A DNA stretch of 64,000 nucleotides from the human T2T-CHM13v2.0 reference genome, Homo sapiens, in NCBI RefSeq assembly GCF_009914755.1, contig NC_060926.1; one strand, 5' to 3'. Positions 1 to 14,020 of the stretch are shown one piece after another. Position numbers and translations under genes: made by a program. How positions within the stretch are numbered: position 1 is the stretch's first letter; every line of letters starts with the position of its first letter. The notes under the pieces were generated by a model, which searched no databases, was not told the origin of the DNA, and saw only the letters and a program-made list of their open reading frames with translations.

Positions 1-251
1 AGTGCAGTGGGGTTGCTCTTGGGTCACTGCAACCTCTGCCTCTTGGGTTCAAGTGATTCTCCTGCCTCAGCCTCCCGAGTAGCTGGGATTACAGGTGTGT
101 GCCACCACGCCCAGCTAATTTTTGTATTTTTAGTAGAGATGGGGTATCACCATGTTGACCAGGCTGGTCTCAAACTCCTGGCCACAAGTGATCCATCCAC
201 CTCAGCCTCCCAAAGTGCCAGGATTACAGGCATGAGCCACTGCACCTGGCC
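1..251 (-). mobile_element. Alu (S-type), cut by window edge
   Basis: Reverse-complement Alu consensus, ends ...gagccactgcacctggcc. Confidence 0.95.
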
Positions 252-1120
252 TCCTTTGCTCTTAAAAAGAGCTTTGAAAAACAAAGCAGCTCAAACAAAT
301 TACAACCTATTTCAGCATAAAAGCTGAGTATCTTGACATTATATGCCAAAGGGTAGCATCAGGATGGTCAGATACCTCCCAGGTCACGTACCAGTAACTT
401 TACCCTTCTCAGAAGTGAGACGAAGAGGGCAGAAAGGAACCGATACACATGTTGCTGTCATAGGGCTAAAATGTGAGATAAGCAGGGATGTGTGGATAGG
501 AACCACACAACCACGGTGGGTGGCTGATATTAATGTTCAATTAATTTCTGAAGTTCTCATGAATTGGTTTCCTGTATATTAGTTTCTAAGAGAAGTAAAG
601 GAACCACAGATACAGAATTTGATTTTTAAAATCTTCAGTTTACTCAAGATAAAATAAACGTACTCACCTGACGAGAGTACTGTAAGACTTAACAATAAAA
701 GGATGTTTATAAAATTGATTGGGAATGCTGAAAATCAGAAATTCAGTTATAAGATGAAAACTACTTTTAGGTATCAGGTATGAGGGAAGATGAAAGCACA
801 GAGTTCTGTATCTTCTGTGTAGGCTTGGATTTCATTCCACTACTTCTGATTGGTGAAAAAAGCATTCTAGAATGTCTTCTGGTTTGTTCTCTCTTAAAGT
901 ACTGGTGAGAGGAATAAGGGAAGAAACAGGGGTGAAAACTGAAAAGGGATAGGACTGATTTGGAGAAGAGTTTCAGAAGAAACTTGCAGTAGATACACCA
1001 TTTTTGTTTGCTTGATTCTTTTTTGGGGGGAAGGGCAAGACTGTTCCTGATTCTTTTCCTCACCTCAAATCCTGAATAAATACAAATATAGCAGAAAATG
1101 TACTTACTATGAAATTATAA

Positions 1121-1156
1121 TATTATATATATATAAAAAAAATATATATATATATA
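1121..1156. repeat. (TA)n / AT-rich microsatellite at Alu tail
   Basis: tatatat runs adjoining the poly-T. Confidence 0.8.
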
Positions 1157-1452
<296 letters not shown>

Positions 1453-1478
1453 CTATATATTTTTGGTGATACAGTTTA

Positions 1479-1614
1479 TCTCAAAAAATTAGGAGGGCAT
1501 ATATCCCATGTAGAACTGAACATTTCTTCAGCTCTCAGAAACAAGGCTTGTTTCTGCTAAAGGGAAGAAATGTTCAGTTCAACATGGGATATACTCCCTC
1601 CTAATTTTTTGAGA
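1479..1614. repeat. 136-bp near-perfect palindrome (possible Tc1/mariner-type MITE)
   Basis: Arms 1479-1529 and 1564-1614 match at 48/51; inner perfect 10-bp arms at 1536-1545 and 1547-1556. Confidence 0.9.
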
Positions 1615-2598
1615 CTAATGATCAGCCAGTTTTTCAAATTTGGAAATTTGAGGTTAAAAAGAAAATCTAAATGAAGCCTAATTTGGCAAGTTAGAAAATA
1701 TAGTTCTTGTTCAACTTAAATAGTATACAAATTCTGACTAGAAAAATAATAAAAAATAATGTAACAAATACTTGCTTAAATATGGGCAAACTATTTTAAC
1801 CTATACTTCAGAAAAGAATATATGCAAATGGCCAATAAGCACATGAAAAGATGTTTAAAAGCACTGATCAGCAAGTAAATGTGAATTAAAACCACAATGA
1901 GATACCACTATGCACTTACCAGAATGATTAAAATGAAAAAGATTGACAATACCAGTGCTGATAAGGATCTGGAACTCTCAAATATTGTTGATAGGAATGT
2001 AAAATGGTACAACCACTTGAAAAACAGTTTGGCAGTTTCTTAAGAAGTTAAACATACATTTACCCCATATGATGCAGTTATTCTACTTCTAGGTATTTCC
2101 TTAAAGGAAAAGGAGATACAGTCATGCACTGCATAATAATCTTTTGGTCAACAATGGACTGAATATATGATGGTGGTCCCATAAAATTATAGTGGAGCTG
2201 AAAAAGTCACAGTAATGTGAATAATGCACAATTCATTATTCATGTGTTTGTAGTGATGCTGGTATAAACGAATCTACTATACTGCCATATAAAAGTATAG
2301 CATACACTATGTACAGTACATAAGATTTGATAACTGGTTTATGATTTATTTACTATACTATATTTTAAATTATTTGAGTATATTCTTTCTCCTTATTAAA
2401 AAAAAAAGTTAACTGTAAAACAGCCTCAGGGAGGTCCTTCAGAAGGTATTCCAGAAGATGGCACCATAGGTGATGACAGCTCCATGCATGTTACTGCCCC
2501 TGAAGACCCCCCAGTGGGACAAGATGTGGAGGGAGAAGACAGTGATGATGATCCTGAACCCTGTGAAGGCTTAGGCTAATGTGTGTGTTTGTGTCTTA

Positions 2599-2974
<376 letters not shown>

Positions 2975-3083
2975 CTAGGATAAAGATATAAAGAAATAAA
3001 ATATTTTTGTGCAGCTGGACAATGTGTTTTAACCTAAGTGTGATTACAAAATAGTCAAAAAGTTAAAAAAATTTAAAAGTTTA

Positions 3084-3465
<382 letters not shown>

Positions 3466-4121
3466 TTAATGTAGCCTAAGTTTACAGTATTTATAGTCTA
3501 CAGCAGTGTACAGTAATATCTTAGGCCTTCCCATTAACTCACCACTCACTGACTCAGAGCAACTTGCAGTCCTGCAAGCTCCTCCATTCATGCTAAATGC
3601 CCCACACAAGTGTACTATTTTTTTATCTTTCATACCACATTTTTACTGTGTCTTTTTGTTTAGATAGGTTTAGATACACAAACACTTACTGTTGTGTTAC
3701 AACTGTCTACAGTACTCAGTATAGTAACATGCTGTACAGATTTGTAGCCTAGGAGCAATAGGCTATATCATATAGCCTGGGTGTGTAGTAAGTTATACCA
3801 TCAGTCTATGATGTTTGCCCAATGAGAAAATCATGACACATTTCTCAGAATGTATCCTGGTCGTTAACGGACACATGACTGGGTGTCTATACAAAGACAT
3901 GAATGTTCATATAGTTTTATTTGTGATAGCCCCAGAAAGAAAAGAAACTCAAATGTCAATCAACAGGTGAATGGATTAAATCAAACAGTGGTATAACGAT
4001 ACAATGAAATACTATCAGTGATAAAAAGGAATAAATCATATTGATACACATGACGTGAGTGAATCTCAAAATAACGAAAATAATTGTAATTCTTTTTTAC
4101 TATTTAAAATAGTGATACACT

Positions 4122-4253
4122 AGGCATAGTGGCTCATGCCTGTAATCCCAGCACTTTGGGAGGCTGAAGTGGCAGAACTGCTTGAGCTCAGAAGTTCAAG
4201 ACCAACCTGGCCAACACAGCAAGAACCCATTTCTAAAAATAAATAAATAAAAA
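4122..4253 (+). mobile_element. Alu left monomer (FLAM-like)
   Basis: Single monomer with A-rich tail. Confidence 0.85.
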
Positions 4254-4540
4254 GTCATAGAAGTCTGATAAAAGAGTACATACGATATGATTCCATTTAT
4301 ATAAAACTCTAGAAAATGGAAACTATAATAACAGTGGTTGCTTGGGGAGAGAGGTGGGAAGAAAAGATTCTAAAGGGGCATTTTTTGGGCGGTGATGGGT
4401 ATGTCCATTATCTTGATTGTGGTGATCCTTTCATGGCTATATACATCTGCCAAAACTTACCAAATTGTATACCTTAAATACATACAGTTTATTATATGCT
4501 AACTATACCTCAATAATGCTGTTTTTACAAAGTCACTAAT

Positions 4541-4848
<308 letters not shown>

Positions 4849-5432
4849 TTAAAAGATGTTGATAATTGTTGAAACTGGGTGATGGATACATGAAGGTTCA
4901 TTATACAATTTTCTTTATTTTTAAGTATGTTTGAAATTTTTTGGTAATAAAAAGATTTTACTTTACATCTACTAGGAGGGCTATAGTGAAAAAAAGATAC
5001 TAGTAAGTGTTAGCAAGAATGTGGAAAAATTGGAAACTTCATTCATTGTTTGCGGGAATGTAAAATGGTGCACCTACTTTGGAAAATAACTTAGCAGCAG
5101 TTTCATCAATTCCACTTAGCAATTCCACCCATATATAGCCAAAAGAATGAAAACCTATGTCCATGCAAGAAGTTGTAAACAAATGTTCACAGCAGCACTA
5201 TTCATTACAACTAAAAAGTAGAAATAACCAACCAATGCCCATCAACTGATAAATGGATAAACAAAATATGGTATATTCATATAATATTATTCAGCATAAA
5301 AAGGAATGAAGTACTGATATATGCTACAACACAAATGAAGCTTGAAGACATTATGCTATGTGAAAGAAGCCAGTTCCAAAGGACCACAGATGGCACAGAG
5401 ATGAATAAAGAGGTGAATGGAACCTTACTTAC

Positions 5433-5591
5433 CCTTATCAGGCTGAGAATTTGGTGGAGAAATCTGATCATATTCACTCAGTTTTTCAGCATGAATTTTC
5501 AAATAGTGAGACTACACAATAACTGGTGAGCTAAAAACCACAATTCAGAGATCAAAAATCAATTTTTGTCCAATTCTCCACTCTCACTCAT
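5433..5591 (-). other. KRCC1: KRCC1 non-coding 5'UTR exon (159 nt)
   Basis: Minus-strand acceptor tgtgtttggtttCAG|ATG and donor AGG|GTAAGT in unique sequence; gene assigned by synteny with SMYD1. Confidence 0.75.
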
Positions 5592-5789
5592 CTGAAACCA
5601 AACACAATCTTGTTACAAAGATTAAATAATTCAAAGTTTATAATCACATCAACATAGACCAATCATCTGAAAATTCACAAAATTCACCTTCATTTTATTA
5701 ATTTGCTTCTTATAAATCTGAAAATAAACCCTAACTTTTAAAAATGTTTAAACATACTTTATTTTTATAACAATATATTTTATATAGTT

Positions 5790-6220
5790 TTATTTTTAAC
5801 TGACAAGTAATAATTGTATATATTTATGAAATACAATGTGATAGTTCAGTACATGTATATAGTGTGGAATAATCAAATTTGGTGAATTAGCATAGTCATT
5901 ACTTCAAATGTTGATCATTTCTTTGCAACGTGAACACTTAAAATAATCTTTTACAGCTACTTTTAAAAATATTGAAATAATAAATACATTTTGAATATAC
6001 ATGAACTATAGTCACCTTCTTGTGCAATAGAACACCAGAACTTATTCCTCCTATCTACCTGTAACTTTGTACCCCTTGGCAAATGTCTTTCCTTTCTCTG
6101 TCCCCACTCCCCAACCCTACCACCCAGCCTCTGGTAACCACCATTCTACTCTCTACTTCCTTAAGTTTTTAGATTTCATGTATAAGTGAGATCATATGGT
6201 ATTTGTCTCTCTGTGCTTGT
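5790..6220 (-). mobile_element. L1MA-type 3' end
   Basis: ataattgtatatatttatg...cagcctctggtaaccaccattctactctct...gtgagatcat. Confidence 0.8.
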
Positions 6221-6328
6221 AAAGCCCTAACTTTTTGAGCAATTTTTTTTTACCCTGGAATAATAAATAAGTTTTGTTTATTTAAGAAGAAATTACTCCA
6301 GATTTATTCTACCCTAGGTATATACCCC

Positions 6329-6362
6329 AAAGAACTATAAATTGAAAAGAACTATAAATTGA
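6329..6362. repeat. 17-bp tandem duplication
   Basis: aaagaactataaattga x2. Confidence 0.85.
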
Positions 6363-6506
6363 AAAAGCACTTGTGAGTTTTAATATATTTGGTCTGAACT
6401 AAAAGTTTACGAATAGAATTTCGCTTGCTTTCAAATCAAAGTATCAGCTTCAGTAGATAATCCTATGATTAGAATTACTTCTAACATAAAGTTTTATGTT
6501 TCTGTT

Positions 6507-6905
6507 TGTGACAGAGACTACCAGTTGCCTTCCAATACATTTTTTTCTTCTTCCTTAGTAACAAACCTTAGGAAATGTGTCTAGCTTTTAGTCTTTTAGA
6601 CTACATTTTCTGGCCATTCTTAAAGCAAGATGTAGCCATGTGAATAATTCTGGTCAATAAGAAGAAAGCTGAAGTGTTGTGTAGGATTCTAGGAGGGATC
6701 CTCCCTTCTGCTGCTGAAATGAGGATGCCATGGTTAGAAATCAAACAGTCATCAGAGAACATGAGGAAGTAAGTCAGGGCCTTAGAATAAAAAGAAAATG
6801 TCTGGGTCCTCTCTGATGATCATGGAACTGTCCTAACAGCTTTGTACTGCCTAACTCCACACTCTTAAATGAGACAAGGAATAAACTGTTATGGGTTCAA
6901 GCCAT
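6507..6905 (+). mobile_element. MLT1J-like MaLR LTR
   Basis: tgtgacagagactaccagttgcc...cttcttccttagtaaca; aataaac near the end. Confidence 0.65.
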
Positions 6906-7204
6906 AACAGAAAATAATCTCTGAATATATTTAAAGCCAACCATGTAAGAGTAACTAAAATGTAAATGTAGGGAAAAGGACACTAACATTTTCAGAACAC
7001 AGTTATGAATGATGTATATTTTCTGTATTTTTCTACATTGAATATTACTTTATAATCCCATGAAAGTTATTTTTAAAATTTCAATGAAACTCAAGTTATC
7101 ACAGAGCCCGCCCTTTGACTATTTCTTAGACCTCTGGGCTCTGAAGACTGAGCCCAAAATATACTAGACTAGAATACAGTAGATTAAGAATTAGGGCAAG
7201 ACAG

Positions 7205-7320
7205 AGATTGTCACTTCCATTTTTCAGGTTGAATAAACATACTTAGAGAGGTCAAAGTGATTTGCTCAGCAATTAATGGTGGAGTCAAGGCTTGAATCCA
7301 AGTTCTCTCAATCCAAGGCT
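7205..7320. mobile_element. MIR fragment
   Basis: ccatttttcagg...agagaggtcaaagtgatttgctca core. Confidence 0.6.
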
Positions 7321-8241
7321 AAGACATGACTGTAATTATGGTACTTTAATCTCAACCATCACACATGAAATAAAATGCAGTTTCTGACATGATTATCAAG
7401 AGGGAAAACTAGATGAGTTCTCTAAAAAACCACAGCAGGCCTTATGTTTCATTTAAGTAAATGTATCTACTACTTTTGGTATCCCAGACACCACAGATTA
7501 AAGAGATCCAGTAGCTCATCCAGGTCTCAGAGCGTGAGAAGAGCAGAATGGGAAAAGCCATTGTAATGTAGTATACAAAAGACTATTCTTTCTCCAGGAT
7601 ACTATTATACAGCAAAGATGATACAAGTGAGGAGCTATACCATATAAAAGGAAGTAACACTGGACAGGGAATCAGATCTCATTTATTGGCTTAGTCATGC
7701 CCATGACTATCTAAAAATAATCACTACTCCTCCGGATCTCAGTTTCTTCATCTATAAACTAAGGAAGTACAATCATTAGACATTTTACCTTCCAATGCTA
7801 GCATTCTATAATCCTGTGCCTTGAAAACAAGGCAAAGTCAAGGGTAAGACTGCTGCATATTATGTTGTAACCTTTGATTAATTTGATTAGTAAAGGAAGA
7901 CTCTGGGGATCTATAATATCTCTTGACTTATATTAATATTTTCCTGCTCAAGCTTCATAATATCTTCCTTATATTTACCACAAGAACTGATACAGTGGCT
8001 TTCTGGATAAGGTAGAAGACAGAATGGAGAAAGGAAAAGAAAATGAGCTTCAGAATTAGAAAGATCTGAATTTAAATCCTACTTCCCCAAATGTAAGTCA
8101 GGAAGTTATTTCCCTTTTCTGAGTCAGTCATCAAAAGGACAATACTTTTCTTGTATGGATTAAATAAGATGACATATATGAAGTTTACCCACTACATTTA
8201 AAAAGTGACATTAGGACATATTCCTTCTATTTTCAACCTAC

Positions 8242-8350
8242 CTCATAATGCAAAATCCTTTGTTATTTGAACTGTAACACTACTCCACAGACATCTTTTA
8301 TAAAAGGTATCTGTAAACAAAGTTCAGTCTTTGTTCATTCAATGTGGTAT
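8242..8350 (-). other. KRCC1: KRCC1 non-coding 5'UTR exon (109 nt)
   Basis: Minus-strand acceptor ctctcttttattgaTAG|ATA and donor GAG|GTAGGT. Confidence 0.7.
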
Positions 8351-8760
8351 CTATCAATAAAAGAGAGGTAAGACAGAAGATTATATTAAATAGTTAAGGT
8401 AATATTTTTAAACTTCAACTACTATATTTCATATACCATCTCAAATCTTAATTTTCTGAGTGCTTGCAAGGCTAGAGTAATAAATTTTTGCTCATTAGAA
8501 TAACAATTTTAATATGAAAATATTTAGTAAGACTGTAATATTTAATATATTAACATATTTTTTAGTCTACAAAACACCATCCTGAAGGAAAAGTTACTGG
8601 GGCACCAATATTGAAAGCCTGGGCTAAGAAATCCAGTCTTGGCATTTTATGTTTTAAAGCTAACAATCTCAAGAAATGCAGTCGATTTTAAGACAGCTAA
8701 TGATTCTAGATACATCACCAATGTCATCTGAGAATCACATGGGGGAACCACAAACCATCT

Positions 8761-9007
8761 TTATTTTTTTTTTAAAACAGGGTCTGGCTCTGTCACCCAG
8801 GCCAGAGCGTGATTCTCCTGCCTCAGCTTCCTGAGTAGCTGGGAGTACAGGCGCATGTCACTGTACCTGGCTAATTTTTGTATTTTTTGTAGAGATGGGG
8901 TTTCGCCATGTTGCCCAGGCTGGTCTCGAACTCCCGCGCTCAGGTGATCCACCCGCCTTGGCCTCCCAAAGTTCTGGGATTACAGGCATGAGCCACTGAG
9001 CCCAGCC
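8761..9007 (-). mobile_element. Alu with internal deletion in the right arm
   Basis: ccaggccagagcgtgattctcc junction lacks about 50 bp; degenerate TSD cacaaaccatctt/cacagactatctt. Confidence 0.9.
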
Positions 9008-9871
9008 CACAGACTATCTTAACCTGTGGTAGGCAACCTTCTTCCATGGCTGGTACAAATACAACCACACAAATTTCACTGAATAGAGCTCAGACAAGCC
9101 CTTCAAAGCTACAGTCATATTCACATATTAGCTTCTACAACTTTTGCTGAAAGTGTTTCTCACTTAATGAATTATCTATGCCAAAATTACTACATTTACA
9201 CTTGGGGTCTATACTTCAGTCTAAAGTTCCTAACAGCTAAAATTTATTTTATAGAAGTTTACCAGTTTATACATAGGGTGCCAATCATGTAACATCAAAA
9301 TTGTACTTTCTACACGGCAGTTTAAATGGATGAGTTAGAATCATATGTAATGTCATGGAGAAATGCCCATGATATATTAACGGGAAAAACAATATGTAGA
9401 ACTCAATCAATTGCTCAATCATAAAATCCAATTTTAGTATAAACAACCCAACATATACAACCCAAACTTAAGTATATACATATGTATTTACTGTAAGGAA
9501 GGAATTAATGCATTTGGCCTCCAATCCATTCACTTCCTTTCCTGGAGAAGAGGGAAAAAGACAAGGATGGTGACATCCAGACCTCAAGTAAAGAGCCTAA
9601 TGATATTTGCTGGGAGGAAGAGATCTTACCACTAAAATGCTCTTAGCAAGATGTCCCTGGCTAAAGATTAGCTGTAGTAAATAAACCCAGAATCTATGAG
9701 ACATCTCTTTCTGAAGAATGCCACATAAGCTATACAACTCTCTAGGGTATAACATGGAGATGAGTCACAATTTAAACATTCCCACTGTGTGAGGTGATCT
9801 TGTGAATCTTACTTAGAAACCTTAACTATTTATTCTGGGCCAGAGATACATGTCCAAAGGGGAAAACATGG

Positions 9872-10243
9872 TGTATTGGTCTGTTCTTACACTGTTACAA
9901 AGACATAACAAAGACTGGGTAATTTATAAAGGAAAAAGGTTTAATTGACTCACAGTTTTGCACAGCTGGGGAGGCCTTAGGAAACTTACAGTCATGGTGG
10001 AAGGTGAAGGGGAAGCAAGGCACTTTCCTTTCAAGGTGGTAGGAAGGAGAAGTGCTGAGTGAAGTGAGAAAAGCCCCTTATAAAACCATCAGATTTCGGG
10101 AGAACTCACTATCATAAGAACAACATGGGGGAAACTGCCCCCGATTCAATTACCTCCACCTGGTCTCTCCTTGACATGTGGAGATTATGGGGATTACAAT
10201 TCATTATGAGATTTGGGTGGGGACACAAAGCCTAACCATATTA
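9872..10243 (-). mobile_element. THE1D-like MaLR solo LTR
   Basis: tgtatt...gactgggtaatttataaag...gagatttgggtggggacacaaagcctaaccata; 5-bp TSD CATGG at 9867-9871 and 10244-10248. Confidence 0.9.
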
Positions 10244-10691
10244 CATGGTCTGAGGAGCCATCCTTCATGTATTAGACACGCTGCTTCAGTTGAGTCTCTT
10301 GACTGCCTGTATCCTTGAAATAATTAGTAAACCTGATGCGTTTGATTTGACAGTCTGATCTTGTGTGTTAGCTCAGTATCCACAGAAAAAAATCTGAAAA
10401 GATATATGCTAAACTTAATGGGGTTTGAGAAATGGGAAATTGGGTCAGAAAATGAGTAGGGTCAAACATTTAACATATTGCTCTTTGTACATCTCTGTAT
10501 TAATTTTTGCAAAAAATATACAGGACTTTGTACTTTTAAAAATTCCATAAATATTTAAGTTATACTGGGTATCTTCAAACTAATCTTAATATTAATGCCA
10601 GTGTATGGGTTAAAAAGATTTGCTTAAAAATATTATGTGCTCAAGATAATTATAAATCAGAAACATTTTAGAAAGGACTTGAAGAGTATTA

Positions 10692-11010
<319 letters not shown>

Positions 11011-11183
11011 TAATATCTCAATTATTTTTTAGTTGTTTTAAAATAAAGGACTTAATTACATTTGACTCTAAGGTCAGCAAGGTAAAAAGGTTAATACAAA
11101 GGTTTTCAGAACTTCCCTTGACTCAGAATTATTGTACAAAAACTGACATGGTGATGTGATGGTGACTTTTCCATTAAAAATCT

Positions 11184-11313
11184 TGGTTTGGCGTAGTGCT
11201 TCGTGCCTGTAGTACCAACACTTTGGGAGGCTGAGCTGGGAGGATTGCTTGAGACCAGGAGTTTGAGACCAGCCTGGGCAACACATTGAGACATCTGTCT
11301 CTACAAAAATAAA
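11184..11313 (+). mobile_element. Alu left monomer (FLAM-like)
   Basis: Single monomer. Confidence 0.85.
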
Positions 11314-11989
11314 TCTTTAATAAGAACAGGTAAATACTGTCTTTTGGTGACAAACAAATCAGAATACATGGAAAGCTTACTGAGGACTAGTTATTTAGAA
11401 GCTCAAGATATCTTAAAATAGAACAATAATCTCCTTCCTGGTTCAACCCTTAATACCAACCAGGCATTTCTAAAAGGCAATGTTGTAAGCTGAGGTAAGA
11501 AACTTGGGGTTACCTTTAATTCCTTCGCCAACTAAGCTCTCATTTTTTATGTTAAATAGCAAAATATTCTCAAGCTCAAAATCTCAGCCATTTTCCTCCT
11601 GAGTCATGTCTGTTCTAGCTTTATAATATTTTCAAAGCTATTCTTTCATTTTTCAATACCTATAACATTATTTAGTTCAAGTTCTCCATGCTTTTGGACT
11701 TTATTAAACTTTATCACTACTTATTGAGTTTGTCTTCAAGGTACTCTGGTGAGTACTGTGGGAAAGGATAGGAAAAAAGAGATGAATCTTATCGAATGCC
11801 TACTGTATGCCAAACAACAGATTATTGTTTCTGTTTTTTACTTTTGCAAGAATTTCTCATAAAGATTAGGATATTGGGATTTAAAGAAATTAAAATATGT
11901 TGCCACATGTGCTATTTGATAAAGGCAGATATTAAACCTTGGTTTATCTCAACCCTTTCCCTTACATTACACATAGCTGTTCCACACAT

Positions 11990-12620
11990 TGGGAATAAGT
12001 GAACAAGACAATTGTTAATATTGAGGAATTCATAATTTTGTAAAAAATGATATGCAAAGAACTATGATGCAAGACAAAAATGTGTAAAGTGCTGTAAGAC
12101 ATAAGAAGGTATAATGTGTTCTTGGTGAGGGGTTTGTGGTAAAGAATAGATTCTGAATGGACACTTAAGGAGATGGGTAAAATTTAGAGAAAAAAACATG
12201 AGTAAAGAAAGGGTATTCTGGAGGACAGAAGGGCATTAGAAAAGGCATTTCTGCTTTAGATAAAACAAGACATGCATAAAGGTAGTGAAAGACAGTGCTA
12301 AAGGTGGAATGATGCTAAATCATAATATGCCTTATTTGGACATTTGGATTTAATTCTGCAGTCAATAGGGGAAGAAAAAGAGACTCAAAATGGAGATATT
12401 GTTAGGTAGCTGTTGCAGGCAAGAGATTATTGGGCTGCACCAAAAAAGTAGCAGAGCTAACAGAAAGGAAGGGAAGAATATGAGAGATATTCTAAAGGTG
12501 GAATCAAAGGAATTTGTGATAGCTGGGAAGAGCAGATAGACGGGAGAGTGGGGGCAGAGACAATTCTAAGGCCTTGATCCTGCGTAAAGTTATCTTTGAC
12601 AGAGAAAGTAAGGAAGAGGA
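11990..12620. mobile_element. Degenerate L2 fragments
   Basis: Purine-rich L2-like motifs (gagagatattctaaaggtggaatcaaaggaattt, tttggatttaattctgcag). Confidence 0.5.
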
Positions 12621-13360
12621 AGAAGAGTTGTTACTGTTGTTGTTATCCCCCAGAAGGAGAGAAGTAGGGAGTGGAATGAATAAGCATTAAGCATTCAAAA
12701 AGCAGTGAATTTGATTTTGGAACAAATCCAGATTCTATCAAATGTATAGTATCTTGCACATCTCTCCTTTCCTGTTCCATTCTTCTATGTGTTTAATACC
12801 TCTATGTCAAGTTGGGTTTAAACAACCTGCAGATGTTTTATGTACCTTGAAATTCCTTACAAATTAAAACAGTTGGGTCCCTCAACTAATTGTATATGTA
12901 TCAAACTTCAGTACACATGATGGGTAACAGGAACCACTAGAGGAAAGAAAGCTCGGTAGTGAACTCTAGGCATTTGTAGAAATCTTTCCTCAGAAAATTT
13001 TGACATCACCTCTCTTTCACTTGCATAGTGATTACTATATATTTACTCATTACAAAGGTTGCAGCATTATATAGTTTGAAGAACACAGACTGTGATTGTT
13101 GTGGAGTAAAGTGAAATTATCTCTTCCTCTAACCTGGACATTATTTTCATCCTTACCATTTTATTTTAGCATTAGTTATTTTTTAAATAGTCATCATATT
13201 ATTGGTTTCTAATGACCTTTACAATTGTTAAAATCCTGGAGGTAGCATCTCTCCCCCCCGATATTGGCTATCTTCTCCCATGTGATATGGATGTTGACTG
13301 AATTATTTTTCTAAATGCAGGAATTAATACTTCATCTTGTTATGGGTTTAGACCATTATC

Positions 13361-13660
13361 TTTTTTTTTTTTTTTTTTCCAGATGTAGTCTCCCTCTGTC
13401 CCCCAGACTGGAGTGCAGTGGCACAATCTCAGCTCACTGCAAGCTCCGCCTCCCAGGTTCACGCCATTCTCCTGACTCAGCCTCCTGAGTAGCTGGGACT
13501 ACAGGCACCTGCCACCACACCCGGCTAATTTTTTGTATTTTTAGTAGAGACAGTGTTTCACTGTGTTAGCCAAGATGGTCTCGATCTCCTGACCTCATGA
13601 TCCAACCCCCTCGGAATCCCAAAGTCCTGGGATTACAGGCGTGAGCCACTGCACCCGGCC
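13361..13660 (-). mobile_element. AluY-like
   Basis: gcaagctccgcc, cacgccattctc and gtgttagcc diagnostics; TSD tagacca(t/c)tat. Confidence 0.95.
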
Positions 13661-13734
13661 TAGACCACTATTCCTAAATGAGGTTTCTCTTTGTTTCTTT
13701 TCTTTGACTGCCCACCCCCACCCCACCTCTCTCT

Positions 13735-14020
13735 TTCTTTCTTTAAAAAACCAGAGTCCCTGAGGCTGGAGTGCAGAGGCATGATCATAGCTCGCTGCAG
13801 CCTTAACTCCCGGGCTCAAGTGATCCTCTCGCCTCAGCCACCAGAATAGCTAGGACTATAGGCATGTGCTAGCATGCCCAGCTAATTTTAAATAATATTT
13901 TGTAGAAACAGGAATCTCATTATGTTGCCCAAGCTGGTCTTGATCTCCTGGCCTCAAGCGATCCTCCTCCCTTGGTCTCCCCAAGGCTGAGATTACAGTT
14001 GTGAGCCACCGCAGCCACCT
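13735..14020 (-). mobile_element. AluJ
   Basis: gatcatagctcgctgcagcc J-type diagnostics. Confidence 0.9.

Noticed and set aside
767-1063. Lys/Ser-rich 98-aa minus-strand ORF, considered as KRCC1 CDS
   Set aside because: It has a GTG start and does not resemble the KRCC1 protein as I recall it; the KRCC1 coding exon appears to lie beyond the left edge.
9492-10375. Possible older LTR hosting the THE1 insertion
   Set aside because: LTR-like, but I cannot support the family or boundaries by eye.
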